From: an uncultured Bacilli bacterium
GTDB taxonomy: Bacteria; Bacillota_I; Bacilli_A; RF39; UBA660
Direction of reading: 5' to 3'
Assembly (NCBI GenBank): GCA_944331935.1
Contig: CALVIV010000001.1
Coordinates: forward strand, 9,968-73,967
DNA length: 64,000 nucleotides
Part shown: positions 1 to 10,471 of the stretch, piece after piece
Layout: every line of letters begins with the position of its first letter
Position numbering within the stretch: the first letter of the stretch is position 1
Made by a program: the position numbers and the translations under genes
Notes under the pieces: model-generated
Told to the model about the DNA's origin: nothing
What the model saw: only the letters and a program-made list of their open reading frames with translations
Database searches by the model: none

Positions 1-570
1 TATTTTAATTACTTTGCCTTCTGCTTTCTTATTACTAATTCTCTTAATTATCTCAACTACTACCTTATGTCCATCAACAGCATTAAGACTATTTTCTTTA
101 GCAACTACGATTTCTAGATTAACCTTATCTTCATCTAAAGTAACATAACCAACATTATTCTTAAAGTTAATCTCCCCTACATAAGTATTACTCTCGTGCT
201 TTAAGACTTTAACAATTCTACCTTCTACTCTATCAAGGCCCTTTTTATTGACAAGTTCAACAACCACTAAATCCCCATGCAAAGCCCCATTAATATTCTC
301 TTTAGGAATATAAATATCTACATCACTATTATCTACATCTACAAAGCCAAATCCTTTTTTATTAGAATGTAAAACTCCTTTAAGTAGATGACTATCTTTA
401 AACAACATATATTTATCTTTATTAGTATGATAAACCAAAGTCTCAACTTCAAGTTCTTTAAGTACTTTTAACAATTCCTCTAAATTATCACTACCAAGTT
501 TCTCTTCTATTTCAAAAACAGTAAGACTTTTTCCTGCTTCTTCTAATATTCTAAGTATATCTTCTCTCAT
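1..570 (-). CDS. rnr: Ribonuclease R, N-terminal part (gene continues past the window start).
   Basis: ATG at 570 with upstream GAGGT RBS. The translation MREDILRILEEAGKSLTVFEIEEKL...KKGFGFVDVDNSDVDIYIPKENINGALHGDLVVVEL matches the RNase R HTH and cold-shock/OB N-terminus. The secG-rnr neighbourhood is typical of Firmicutes. Confidence 0.5.
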   Translation of the reverse strand, partial: MREDILRILEEAGKSLTVFEIEEKLGSDNLEELLKVLKELEVETLVYHTNKDKYMLFKDSHLLKGVLHSNKKGFGFVDVDNSDVDIYIPKENINGALHGDLVVVELVNKKGLDRVEGRIVKVLKHESNTYVGEINFKNNVGYVTLDEDKVNLEIVVAKENSLNAVDGHKVVVEIIKRISNKKAEGKVIKI

Positions 571-650
571 TTTATCGACCTCAATTCTTAATACCATTGT
601 ACTCTATATTTAGTATAATGTAAAAGAAAAAAGGCATTATTTCATGCCTT

Positions 651-866
651 TTACATAAATGAATATACTAAACAAATTATAAAGAATGCCGCACCAAGTA
701 CCATTGTTATTCTAGTAATAACTAACTCACTACCTCTTTCTTTTCTATTTTTAAATAAATCAGTAGAGTTACCTGAAAGAATTTGGGCTGCACTTTCAGC
801 TTTACCACTTTGTAATAGTACAATTATTATTAATAGTATTGATATAATTAATAAAGCTATTTGCAT
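651..866 (-). CDS. secG: Preprotein translocase subunit SecG.
   Basis: 71 aa, two TM segments, the LLQSGK motif typical of SecG, and a position next to rnr. Confidence 0.6.
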   Translation of the reverse strand: MQIALLIISILLIIIVLLQSGKAESAAQILSGNSTDLFKNRKERGSELVITRITMVLGAAFFIICLVYSFM

Positions 867-933
867 AGTTTACACCTCCGATAGATTTCTTTTAAACTGT
901 TAATATAATAGCATAAACACCCAATAAATGCAA

Positions 934-1584
934 CTAAGATTTGGCTTTGTTCTTTGTTTTCTCACTATTTTTCATAAGTTCATCATAATCACCAGTCTTA
1001 GAAACAATATTATAACCATGCTCTAATCTAAACTTTTTCCTATCTTCTGCTTTCATAACAAGTACTTCATCTGCAATATCCATATGTAATATTCCATCTA
1101 AATGGTCATACTCATGAGATAAAACGGTCGCTTCAAAGCCTTCAAATATTTCTCTATGTTTATTACCATCAATATCAAAATACTCTAAAGTTATTTTATA
1201 TGGTCTCCTAACATGGCCAAAATTATCTAAACAACTAGCACAAGCTTCCCAATAATCAGTTAACCCTTCTCTAGAAATTATAACAGGATTTATCAAGACT
1301 CTTGCCTCATTATAATTTTTCTCCTCTTCACTAAGAGTATTAGTTTGAATTTTATAAGTAATATCCAAATTTGTATTTTTTAAATATATTAATCGCTTAG
1401 GAATGCCTAATTGTACTGCCGCCATAGCAAGTACTTCATATTCTTTACAATATTTATCTAAAACAGCAATATCTTTTTTTAATGATTTATCATTAAAATC
1501 TACAGGAAGAGAAACTTGTCTTAAATACTCTTCATTATCGGCAATTGTCACTACTTTTATATCACTCATATATATAACCTCCAT
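934..1584 (-). CDS. def: Peptide deformylase family protein.
   Basis: Motifs AMAAVQLG (the G-x-G-x-AA-x-Q variant), WEACASCLD (EGCLS-like) and SHEYDHLDG (HExxH). The true start may be an internal Met. Confidence 0.65.
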   Translation of the reverse strand: MEVIYMSDIKVVTIADNEEYLRQVSLPVDFNDKSLKKDIAVLDKYCKEYEVLAMAAVQLGIPKRLIYLKNTNLDITYKIQTNTLSEEEKNYNEARVLINPVIISREGLTDYWEACASCLDNFGHVRRPYKITLEYFDIDGNKHREIFEGFEATVLSHEYDHLDGILHMDIADEVLVMKAEDRKKFRLEHGYNIVSKTGDYDELMKNSEKTKNKAKS

Positions 1585-1598
1585 ATAAGAGAAAGAGC

Positions 1599-2828
1599 CT
1601 ATTTACTAAGCTCTTCTTCTATTCTCATTAATTGATTATATTTACATATTCTATCTGTTCTAGACATAGAACCAGTCTTAATTTGACCAAGGTCAAGTCC
1701 AACAGCAAGGTCTGCAATAGTAGTATCTTCAGTCTCACCACTTCTATGAGAAATAATAGTTTTATAATTATGAGATTTAGCAAGTTCAATAGTCTCAAGT
1801 GTCTCAGTAATAGTACCAATTTGATTTACTTTTAATAGGATTGCATTACCAGCTTTATTATCAATACCTTTTTGTAGACATTCTTTATTAGTAACAAATA
1901 AATCATCACCAACAAGTTGAATCTTATCACCAAGTAATGCCGTTACTTTACTAAATCCTTCCCAATCATTTTCATCTACTGGATCTTCAATAGAAATAAT
2001 AGGATAAGTATTAACTAAATCTTCATAGTATTTAATTAACTCATCAGTACTAAGTACTTTACCTTCTCCTACAAGGTTATATTTACCATCATTATAGAAC
2101 TCTGATGCTGCAACATCTATTGCATAACAAACATCTTTTCCTGGTTCATATCCAGCACGTTTAACAGCTTCAGTAATTAACTCAAATCCTTCTTTATTAG
2201 TTTTAAGATTAGGAGCAAAACCACCTTCATCTCCAACACTAGTAGCATATCCCTTCTCTTTTAAAACATTTTTAAGACTATGGAATACTTCAGCACCTAC
2301 TCTAACCCTCTCATGAATAGTATCTCTTTGAGGTATAATCATATACTCTTGAAAATCTAATGAGTTATCAGCATGAGCACCTCCGTTAATGATATTCATC
2401 ATAGGTACAGGTAAAGTCTTACCATCTCCAACATACTCATATAACTCTTTCCCACAAGCTTTAGCAGTAGCCTTTAAACAAGCCATAGAAACACCAAGTA
2501 TAGCATTAGCACCTAATTTACTCTTAGTCTTAGTACCATCTAACTCTAGCATTTTATAATCTATTTCTTTTTGTTTAGTAACATCCATTCCAATTAGATT
2601 ATCACGTAAAATAGTATTAACATTATTAACAGCATTTAATACTCCTTTACCATTAAATCTATTTTTATCTCCATCTCTCATTTCTAAAGCTTCTCTTTCT
2701 CCTGTAGAAGCTCCACTAGGAACAGCAGCCCTACCCATAACACCATTATCTAGTATTACATCTACTTCAACAGTAGGATTACCTCTTGAATCTAATATTT
2801 CTCTTCCTATAATATTTTTAATATTCAT
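1599..2828 (-). CDS. eno: Enolase (phosphopyruvate hydratase).
   Basis: N-terminus [18 protein letters not shown] and enolase motifs along the full length. RBS GAGGAGG upstream. Confidence 0.92.
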   Translation of the reverse strand: MNIKNIIGREILDSRGNPTVEVDVILDNGVMGRAAVPSGASTGEREALEMRDGDKNRFNGKGVLNAVNNVNTILRDNLIGMDVTKQKEIDYKMLELDGTKTKSKLGANAILGVSMACLKATAKACGKELYEYVGDGKTLPVPMMNIINGGAHADNSLDFQEYMIIPQRDTIHERVRVGAEVFHSLKNVLKEKGYATSVGDEGGFAPNLKTNKEGFELITEAVKRAGYEPGKDVCYAIDVAASEFYNDGKYNLVGEGKVLSTDELIKYYEDLVNTYPIISIEDPVDENDWEGFSKVTALLGDKIQLVGDDLFVTNKECLQKGIDNKAGNAILLKVNQIGTITETLETIELAKSHNYKTIISHRSGETEDTTIADLAVGLDLGQIKTGSMSRTDRICKYNQLMRIEEELSK

Positions 2829-2864
2829 AAAATCATCCTCCTCTTGTCATCTATATTATAACAC

Positions 2865-3302
2865 TTATTTACTATTAACAGAATTATTTTTTCTTTTAAT
2901 TAATCTTTTTCCTACACTTTCTCTATTTTCTAAAGCACTAGAATTATTATCAATATATTCATCTAAATTAACATATCCATCATACATTCTTTTTTCTTCA
3001 TTATAATAGAATATCTTAGGAGAAAATCCTCCTATTCCTTTAAAGAAACCATGTGGTAATGCTTCATCATAACCTAACTCTAAAGAAGTACTAACTAATT
3101 TATCAACTATATCAATACTCTTATCTATAGTCGAATCCTTAGTATCTTTATACACAGGATAAAACTTAGCATTCTTAACTCCTAACAATGATGCCAAATA
3201 CAAATCTCTTTGAAGTTCAGCAACTACAGCAGTATTAGGATTAAATGGATATATCAAGCACATTTTTCTTTCAACTTCTAATTTTTCATTCATTATTATC
3301 AC
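2865..3302 (-). CDS. Hypothetical protein.
   Basis: 145-aa ORF with no recognisable motif. Overlaps the upstream gene by 4 nt, suggesting an operon. Confidence 0.3.
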   Translation of the reverse strand: MIIMNEKLEVERKMCLIYPFNPNTAVVAELQRDLYLASLLGVKNAKFYPVYKDTKDSTIDKSIDIVDKLVSTSLELGYDEALPHGFFKGIGGFSPKIFYYNEEKRMYDGYVNLDEYIDNNSSALENRESVGKRLIKRKNNSVNSK

Positions 3303-4156
3303 CCTTTCAAACTAACATAACATTTATCTTTTAAAAACTGCTTAATCTTATCAGTATCTTTTCCTTCATAATACATAATTAACAGTTTCTTATAATCTTC
3401 CACTAAATCCCCGGGAATAGAGATAATACCTAATCCTCTTGATATCAAATGATGATTAGCAAAAATAACAGCAGTTCTCTTATTACCATCAATAAATATC
3501 TGTCTTTTCATAACATACAGCAATAACTCTATTGCAAGACTAACATCATCTAATTTACTATTTAAAATATCATTAAGCTCCTCTACTACCTGACTTTCTA
3601 TAGGAATACTAGGTATCCAAGTTGTCCCACCTATCTTAGCAGGAGTACTCCTAACCTTACCTGCATTATAATAAAAACCTTCAAGAATTAACTTATTAAT
3701 TTGTAATAAAAAAGAAAAATTCTCTTCAGCCATAATAACATTTTCTTCTAAAACAAATTCCCAAGCATGTTTTAAATTAACAACTTTCATAATATCAGTA
3801 GAAGTCATACCATTTACTTGACCACTGTTTATAATATTATTTACATTTTCATAAGTAGTAACAACACCTTCTAACATCGCTTGATTATAAATAGAATCTA
3901 CTAAGTTTCTCTTAGCAAAATCTATATTAAGTTTAACTTCATCACTAAGTTCACTCTCTTGGTAATTTAACTCTTCCATTTTAGACTCATAATCAGGTGG
4001 AGTATTTCTTCCATAAGTAACAAACACTCTAAATAAATATTTAAGTTCTAACTCTTCCGCTTCCTTTATATCGTTTTCAAAAGTTACTATATCACTGTTC
4101 TTATCAAAAGTAAGTACTAAAGTATTATAATCTTCATCTTCAAATCTAGTGATCAT
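3299..4156 (-). CDS. Fic/Doc-family-like protein with a degenerate Fic motif.
   Basis: The segment RQIFIDGNKRTAVIFANHHL resembles the Fic core HPFx(D/E)GNGR, but the first His is replaced. Confidence 0.4.
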   Translation of the reverse strand: MITRFEDEDYNTLVLTFDKNSDIVTFENDIKEAEELELKYLFRVFVTYGRNTPPDYESKMEELNYQESELSDEVKLNIDFAKRNLVDSIYNQAMLEGVVTTYENVNNIINSGQVNGMTSTDIMKVVNLKHAWEFVLEENVIMAEENFSFLLQINKLILEGFYYNAGKVRSTPAKIGGTTWIPSIPIESQVVEELNDILNSKLDDVSLAIELLLYVMKRQIFIDGNKRTAVIFANHHLISRGLGIISIPGDLVEDYKKLLIMYYEGKDTDKIKQFLKDKCYVSLKG

Positions 4157-4187
4157 ATTTAAACCTCCTAAAAGCTCATAACAAAAA

Positions 4188-4736
4188 TTAATATTTTCTT
4201 TTCCTTCTCTTTTTACAAACAGCCGTTTTAATATATTGATATTTCTTTTCTAAAGCTAAATTATATAACTGCTCTAAATTTAAAAAATAAGTCAAAGATG
4301 CTCCTGTCTCATTAATTAAAGAATTAATTAACATATTTTTTGAATTCTGATAAAATTCCATATCATCTTTAAATACTTCTTTAAAATCAACCTCTTCTAA
4401 TTTTATTGTAATATCTTTTCTTATATTAGTATAAGGTTTCTCACACATTTTATATGCTGCATCCACTGCTATAGAAGCATTAACAAGCTTTTCTTCAGTA
4501 AAGCCATGTTTATTAACAGCAACCATCATACAAGATGCCATTTTATATGTATCTAAGTCTCCCACAACATAATTCTTTCGCAAATATTCACATAGAACTT
4601 TATATTCCAAAATAATATCATGTATTATTGATAAACTATCTTCCTGTACATCTACACTATTTTCATTTGCCACATCAATAAGTAAATTAATTAATTCTCT
4701 ATTTCCTATTTTAGCACCATTTATACTATTTTTCAC
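4188..4736 (-). CDS. Hypothetical protein.
   Basis: 182-aa ORF with a C-terminal basic tail (KKRRKRKY). No recognised motif. Confidence 0.3.
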   Translation of the reverse strand: MKNSINGAKIGNRELINLLIDVANENSVDVQEDSLSIIHDIILEYKVLCEYLRKNYVVGDLDTYKMASCMMVAVNKHGFTEEKLVNASIAVDAAYKMCEKPYTNIRKDITIKLEEVDFKEVFKDDMEFYQNSKNMLINSLINETGASLTYFLNLEQLYNLALEKKYQYIKTAVCKKRRKRKY

Positions 4737-6087
4737 TGTCTTTAAAACTCCTAACTATATCTCTAAATTCATCCCCTCTATCTTCACATTGTTTATATTG
4801 GTCCCATGATGCTGATGTCGGACTAAGTAACACCGTATCACCATCCACCACTACACTATTAATGTAATCCATCGCTTTGTTTAGTTTTTCAAAGGTATTA
4901 GTCTTAATACCAACACTCTCTCCATATTTTTTAACTCTATCACGACACTCTCCAATACCAACTATCTCTTTAACAGGACTAATAAAGTTATCTAAGTCAT
5001 GAAAGTCTTGGCCTCTCTCAAGACCTCCAAGTATTAAGATAACATTCTTATCAAATGATGATAAAGCTATCTGAGTACACTTAGTATTAGTAGCCTCTGT
5101 ATCATTATAATAATCTACCCCCTTAACTTTATCAATAAACTCTAATCTATGTCTAACACCAGTAAATGTCTTTAAAACAGAAACTATTGACTCATTATCT
5201 ACCCCTACTTCTTTAGCAATCATCATGGCCCCAAGAGCATTCTCAACGTTATGATTACCTTTAAGTAGAAACTCATCCCTATTCATAATAAACTCATCAT
5301 AGTAATAAAGTTTATTATCTAACATATAAGCCCCATTTATCTCCCGTTTAGAAGAAAAATACTTAACATTACTCTTAATATTTCTAGTACCTCTCATAAC
5401 TTCATCATTTTCTATATTTAGTATTGCAATATCATCATCACACTGATTTTTAAATAATTTAATTTTATCTTCTTTATAAGCTTCATAACTACCAAAGAAA
5501 TCTATATGAGCTTCTGACAAGTTAGTCATCAATGCAATATGAGGATTAAACTTATCCATATTAGCAAGTTGTTGGCAAGATACCTCCATGACAATAATGT
5601 CACCACTCTCTAATTTATCTAAGAAACTACATAAAGGATACCCAATATTACCTGCTAAATGTACTCTTTTTCCACTCTTTTTTATCATCTCATAAGTAAG
5701 AGTTGTTGTAGTAGTCTTTCCATTAGTACCTGTAATTCCAATCAAAGTAACATCATCTGGTAACAATCTATAAGCCATCTCTGCCTCATTAATAACAGGA
5801 ATACCTAACTCTTTAGCTTTTATTACATACTTATGGTCATTTCTAATACCAGGATTTTTAATAATATAATCAAAGCTATCATCAAGTAAATCATCAGGAT
5901 GACTATCAAATATTAAAGTAACCCCCAGTTGTTCTAACTCTTTAACTTTCTTATCATCTTGTTTATCCCTACTACCACCATCATTTAATATAATAGTATT
6001 ATTATGTTTACTTAAATACTTACATGCTTCATACCCACTACGAGCCATCCCTAATACTAATATTTTTTTATTTTCAAACATAAGCAT
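4726..6087 (-). CDS. murD: UDP-N-acetylmuramoylalanine--D-glutamate ligase.
   Basis: Mur ligase P-loop GITGTNGKTTTTTL. The N-terminal Rossmann segment KKILVLGMARSG is typical of MurD. 453 aa. Confidence 0.75.
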   Translation of the reverse strand: MLMFENKKILVLGMARSGYEACKYLSKHNNTIILNDGGSRDKQDDKKVKELEQLGVTLIFDSHPDDLLDDSFDYIIKNPGIRNDHKYVIKAKELGIPVINEAEMAYRLLPDDVTLIGITGTNGKTTTTTLTYEMIKKSGKRVHLAGNIGYPLCSFLDKLESGDIIVMEVSCQQLANMDKFNPHIALMTNLSEAHIDFFGSYEAYKEDKIKLFKNQCDDDIAILNIENDEVMRGTRNIKSNVKYFSSKREINGAYMLDNKLYYYDEFIMNRDEFLLKGNHNVENALGAMMIAKEVGVDNESIVSVLKTFTGVRHRLEFIDKVKGVDYYNDTEATNTKCTQIALSSFDKNVILILGGLERGQDFHDLDNFISPVKEIVGIGECRDRVKKYGESVGIKTNTFEKLNKAMDYINSVVVDGDTVLLSPTSASWDQYKQCEDRGDEFRDIVRSFKDSEK

Positions 6088-6198
6088 TCCTCATTTCTCT
6101 ACTAACATTATACTAAATTATGGAAATATTTAAACCCTTTAATTGAAAAGTATCTAATATATTGATATAATTTAATAAAGGAAAGGGAAGTAGAGGAT

Positions 6199-7443
6199 AT
6201 GAAGATAATAACTTTAGATGAAATAAGTTTTGATAAATTTGCAAGTACTCATAAATATCGTAACTATTATCAAACATCAGCATATGCCAAGACTATAAAA
6301 AATCATGGCTATGATATTCACTATATAGGTATTATAGATGATTTAGGCAACCTAATAGGAGCATCTCTACTTCTTTATAAAGAGGTATTTATGAACTATA
6401 AAATTGCCTATGCTCCTCGTGGTTTTCTCTTTGACTACACTAATGTTAATAATTTAAAAGAATTAGCATCTAGACTAAAGAAGTTACTAAGTAAACAAGG
6501 CTTTATCTCAGTAACAATCGACCCATATCTTCCTGTTAATATCAGAGATAAAGATGGTAAAATAATGAATATTAATAATGAAGCTAATATCGCTTTAGAA
6601 AACTTAAAAGCCAGTGGTTTTAACTATCTAGGGCCTAATCTTTTCTTTGAAAGTAAAAAACCTAGATTTGAAGCAATTGTAACACTTGATAACGATATTA
6701 AAGACATTTACCAAAGTTTTGAAAAAAGAGTAAGACACAAAATAAAGAAAGCTATTAGAAGTGGTGTTGAAATATATAAAGGCAGTAAAGAAGAATTAGA
6801 ATTATTTTATGAACTTATCAAAAAGAAATATAATAAACCTCTTAGTTATTATATTGATTTATATAACAATTTTGAAAATAATATTGATTTATACTTTGCT
6901 AAACTAAATACCGAAACTTTTGTAATTACAAGTAGATTACAATATGAAAGAGAAATAGAAATAAACAATGATTTAGCCAATAAAATACAAACTACCAATA
7001 ATGCTAATTCTAAAAAGAAATTAATTAATGAAAAGATGGAATCAGACAAATTAGTAAACACATACAAAAAGAACCTTGTCTGGGCTACTAACTTATTAAA
7101 GGATAACCCTGAAGGGTTAATTATTGGAACATCTTTAAATTTAACTTATGATAATGTCTGTTATTTAATTATAGAAGGTTTTAATCAAAGTTTTAAAACT
7201 CTAAACCCCAACTATCTTATAAAATGGAAAATGATAAATGATTACAAAAATAAGAATATAAAATATATAAATTTAAATGCTGTCAGTGGCGAATTTACAA
7301 AGATAAATAAGTATAGTGGTCTTAATGAAATGAAACTAGGCTTTAATTCTTTAGTAACAGAATACATTGGCGAGTTTGAATTAATTATAAGTGCTCTACC
7401 ATATAATTTATATAAGAATCTAAACAAAGAAAAGAAAAAGTAA
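6199..7443 (+). CDS. FemAB-family peptidoglycan interpeptide-bridge aminoacyltransferase.
   Basis: 414 aa. The N-terminal MKIITLDEISFDKF...YYQTSAYAKT resembles FemA/FemX. A coiled-coil insertion sits in the middle, as in FemAB proteins. Confidence 0.55.
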   Translation: MKIITLDEISFDKFASTHKYRNYYQTSAYAKTIKNHGYDIHYIGIIDDLGNLIGASLLLYKEVFMNYKIAYAPRGFLFDYTNVNNLKELASRLKKLLSKQGFISVTIDPYLPVNIRDKDGKIMNINNEANIALENLKASGFNYLGPNLFFESKKPRFEAIVTLDNDIKDIYQSFEKRVRHKIKKAIRSGVEIYKGSKEELELFYELIKKKYNKPLSYYIDLYNNFENNIDLYFAKLNTETFVITSRLQYEREIEINNDLANKIQTTNNANSKKKLINEKMESDKLVNTYKKNLVWATNLLKDNPEGLIIGTSLNLTYDNVCYLIIEGFNQSFKTLNPNYLIKWKMINDYKNKNIKYINLNAVSGEFTKINKYSGLNEMKLGFNSLVTEYIGEFELIISALPYNLYKNLNKEKKK

Positions 7444-7548
7444 AAGACATATAGTAAGTAACAAGTTAAAGCAGTTTTACACTTATTATGTAAAATATAC
7501 TACTAAATTATTAGTATTTATGTTATAAATAAAAAAAGGAGGATAATT

Positions 7549-8181
7549 ATGGAAAGTTTAAATGAACTACAACAACAATTAAGTAATGCAGAAAGTGAAC
7601 TAGCATCAATTAGTATCAAAAAACATAATCCAGTAAATTATGATTATGAAAGAGGCGAAACTTATGGAGAAGAAACTAATTATAATGAATATACAGATCC
7701 AGCTAGAGCTCATTATTTAAGAGAACGTATAGCACGTTTAAATGATAAAATTACAAACTATAATAAGTATGTTGAAGCTGAAAAAGAAAGAGAAGAATTT
7801 TATCAAGAAAAAAGAGATGAAGCAAAACAAAGAGAAATAACTGCTACAGCTCATGATATGTATGAACAAGCACAAAGTGACTATAACAATAAAAGTGTTT
7901 TTGGAAAAATAGGAGCGATCTTTACAGGCAAAAAGCCTAAAAAGTTATATGATAGCGATGATATCATGAAACAATACAGTGAAGCTGCAAAACAAGCAAT
8001 TGATAACGAATCTGTTGATAGACAAATTGCAGAATTAGAACAACAAAGACAACTATATCATGCTAAATTTAGTGGAAACACTCCAAGAGATGAAGCCCAA
8101 AGAGCTACTATGGATGCTCACATAGATAAGGAAATTGCTAAATTAAAAGGAGAAAGTATCTCTAATGGAAAATCAAAATAA
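7549..8181 (+). CDS. Hypothetical coiled-coil protein.
   Basis: 210 aa, rich in charged residues. Strong RBS AAGGAGG. Confidence 0.35.
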   Translation: MESLNELQQQLSNAESELASISIKKHNPVNYDYERGETYGEETNYNEYTDPARAHYLRERIARLNDKITNYNKYVEAEKEREEFYQEKRDEAKQREITATAHDMYEQAQSDYNNKSVFGKIGAIFTGKKPKKLYDSDDIMKQYSEAAKQAIDNESVDRQIAELEQQRQLYHAKFSGNTPRDEAQRATMDAHIDKEIAKLKGESISNGKSK

Positions 8182-8464
8182 TAAAGAATTTAATAATCTA
8201 GTAGAAGCTTATAAAAAACTTACTACTAAAGAAAAACAAGATGAAATTATAAAATTGTTTAAAGAAAATATCGCTGTTTGGGAAAAGTTAAACAATGATA
8301 TAAATAATAATCATAGTCTTTTATTAAATAGAGAAATAATAGATGTAAACAAAGATAATGCTACTTTAGATGATTTTTTAGAAGCTATATTTGTTTATTT
8401 ACATATGCTATCTGATTCTACCGCAAGTTTTGCCGAAAAAATTGCTAATTATTTCTACAAATAA
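8165..8464 (+). CDS. Hypothetical protein.
   Basis: 99-aa ORF overlapping the end of the upstream gene. Confidence 0.3.
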   Translation: MENQNNKEFNNLVEAYKKLTTKEKQDEIIKLFKENIAVWEKLNNDINNNHSLLLNREIIDVNKDNATLDDFLEAIFVYLHMLSDSTASFAEKIANYFYK

Positions 8465-8471
8465 AAATATT

Positions 8472-9152
8472 CTAATCACTAGAATATTTTTTTATATCGT
8501 CTTCATTAAAGCAAAGGCTATCCATTATTTCATTGGCAACTTTTTCCCAATCTTCATAAGTATTAACAGAACAGTTGAACTCAACAGTAACTAATTTATT
8601 ATCAAGAGTAAAGAATCTTATATTATAATATGTATTCGCATCTGTTGCCACTAATCTTGCAAAAGTCTTATCATATTTTTGATATACTCCACTATCTATT
8701 ACAGTCATTCCTGTAAGACCTGCTACTCTATTATTAAGATATGCTTCTAAGCCATCATCAGTCATATCTTCATTAGTAGTACTAACAAAAACATGTTCAG
8801 TATCTGTTTCACTCATAAACACAAGTTCAGGACGATTATTATAATTATATTTACTCTTTAACATCGCTTCATCTAACATTGTAAAAGTATCAGGAACATT
8901 TAAAAAGAAACTACTATCAACTCTATAAGTCTTAAAGTTAATCTCTACTCCATCAACTTCAATTTTTTCTTCCTTCTCTTCAACTTCCTCTTGTTTTATT
9001 TCTTCCTGTTTATTAATTGATTTTATATGATTATCATGAATTATATTAGCAAGAAAGAAAGCAACCACTACTATTACAATAATACCAATAACCCCTAAAA
9101 TAATCTCTTTTCTTTTCATATTTAACACCATAAAAAGTATAACACATAACAA
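8472..9152 (-). CDS. Membrane-anchored hypothetical protein.
   Basis: N-terminal TM helix, a glutamate/lysine-rich linker and a C-terminal globular domain. Confidence 0.35.
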   Translation of the reverse strand: MLCVILFMVLNMKRKEIILGVIGIIVIVVVAFFLANIIHDNHIKSINKQEEIKQEEVEEKEEKIEVDGVEINFKTYRVDSSFFLNVPDTFTMLDEAMLKSKYNYNNRPELVFMSETDTEHVFVSTTNEDMTDDGLEAYLNNRVAGLTGMTVIDSGVYQKYDKTFARLVATDANTYYNIRFFTLDNKLVTVEFNCSVNTYEDWEKVANEIMDSLCFNEDDIKKYSSD

Positions 9153-9154
9153 AC

Positions 9155-9187
9155 AAAAAAAGAAGTCCTAAGACTTCTTTTAAGTTT
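9155..9187 (-). terminator. Rho-independent terminator downstream of tuf.
   Basis: Minus-strand hairpin aagaagtc-ttag-gacttctt followed by a T-run. Confidence 0.5.
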
Positions 9188-9190
9188 CTA

Positions 9191-10381
9191 TTATCCTTCG
9201 ATTTCAGAAACAACACCAGCACCAACAGTACGTCCACCCTCACGGATAGAGAACTTAGTACCTTTTTCAATAGCAATTGGGTGAATTAATTCAACTTCCA
9301 TTGTTACGTTATCACCAGGCATAACCATTTCTACACCTTCTGGTAAAGTAATTACACCAGTAACATCAGTAGTTCTGAAATAGAATTGTGGACGATAGTT
9401 ACTGAAGAATGGAGTATGACGTCCACCTTCTTCTTTACTAAGTACATAAACCTCAGCTTTGAATTTATGATGTGGATGTACACTTCCTGGTTTAGCTAAA
9501 ACTTGTCCACGTTCAACTTGTTCACGAGAGATACCACGAAGTAAAACTCCTGCATTATCTCCAGCTTCTGCAACGTCAAGTTGTTTTCTAAACATTTCAA
9601 TACCAGTAACAACTGTCTTTTGAGTTGGTTTAATACCAACGATTTCAACTTCATCATTAAGTTTTAATTGTCCACGTTCAACACGTCCAGTAACAACTGT
9701 ACCACGACCTGTGATTGTGAAGACATCTTCGATACTCATTAAGAATGGTTTATCAGTATCACGTTCTGGAGTTGGAATCCAAGAATCAACAGCATCCATT
9801 AAATCATAGATAGCTTGAACATACTTAGGATCTCCTTCAAGAGCTTTAAGAGCAGAACCCTTAATGATAGGAGTTTCATCTCCTTCGTAACCATATTCAT
9901 TTAATAAGTCACGAACTTCCATTTCAACTAAATCGATTAACTCATCATCATCAACCATATCACATTTGTTTAAGAATACAACCATACGAGGTACTCCAAC
10001 TTGACGTGATAATAGGATATGTTCACGAGTTTGTGCCATAGCTCCATCTGTAGCAGCAATTACAAGAATTGCACCATCCATTTGAGCAGCACCAGTAATC
10101 ATGTTTTTAACATAGTCAGCATGTCCTGGGCAGTCAACATGAGCATAATGACGTTTTTCAGTTTGGTATTCTACGTGTGCAGTATTAATTGTAATACCAC
10201 GTTCTCTTTCTTCTGGAGCTTTATCAATGTTTGCATAATCTGTAAAATCAGCCCATTCAGGGTTTTTATCATGTAAACATTTAGTAATAGCTGCAGTTAA
10301 TGTAGTTTTACCATGATCTACGTGTCCAATTGTACCAATGTTAACATGTGGTTTTGAACGATCAAATTTTTGTTTTGCCAT
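9191..10381 (-). CDS. tuf: Elongation factor Tu.
   Basis: [28 protein letters not shown]. The likely true start is ATG at 10381, preceded by an AGGAGG RBS. The track ORF extends 9 codons further upstream. Confidence 0.95.
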   Translation of the reverse strand: MAKQKFDRSKPHVNIGTIGHVDHGKTTLTAAITKCLHDKNPEWADFTDYANIDKAPEERERGITINTAHVEYQTEKRHYAHVDCPGHADYVKNMITGAAQMDGAILVIAATDGAMAQTREHILLSRQVGVPRMVVFLNKCDMVDDDELIDLVEMEVRDLLNEYGYEGDETPIIKGSALKALEGDPKYVQAIYDLMDAVDSWIPTPERDTDKPFLMSIEDVFTITGRGTVVTGRVERGQLKLNDEVEIVGIKPTQKTVVTGIEMFRKQLDVAEAGDNAGVLLRGISREQVERGQVLAKPGSVHPHHKFKAEVYVLSKEEGGRHTPFFSNYRPQFYFRTTDVTGVITLPEGVEMVMPGDNVTMEVELIHPIAIEKGTKFSIREGGRTVGAGVVSEIEG

Positions 10382-10471
10382 ATTTTTTTCCTCCTCTTTT
10401 AATTTCACTATATATTTTATCTAACAATTAGCAAATTTGCAACTGTTTAGAACTAAATTTATGAGTTTCTT

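Noticed and set aside
1589-1611. Hairpin aagagc…gctctt overlapping the eno stop codon as a terminator.
   Set aside because: No T-run follows on the minus strand, and def starts 15 nt downstream in an apparent operon. It is considered at most a weak attenuating structure.
9046-9276. 76-aa minus-strand ORF spanning the tuf terminator and tuf 3' end.
   Set aside because: It overlaps the tuf coding end and terminator in another frame, has no RBS and is implausible as a gene.
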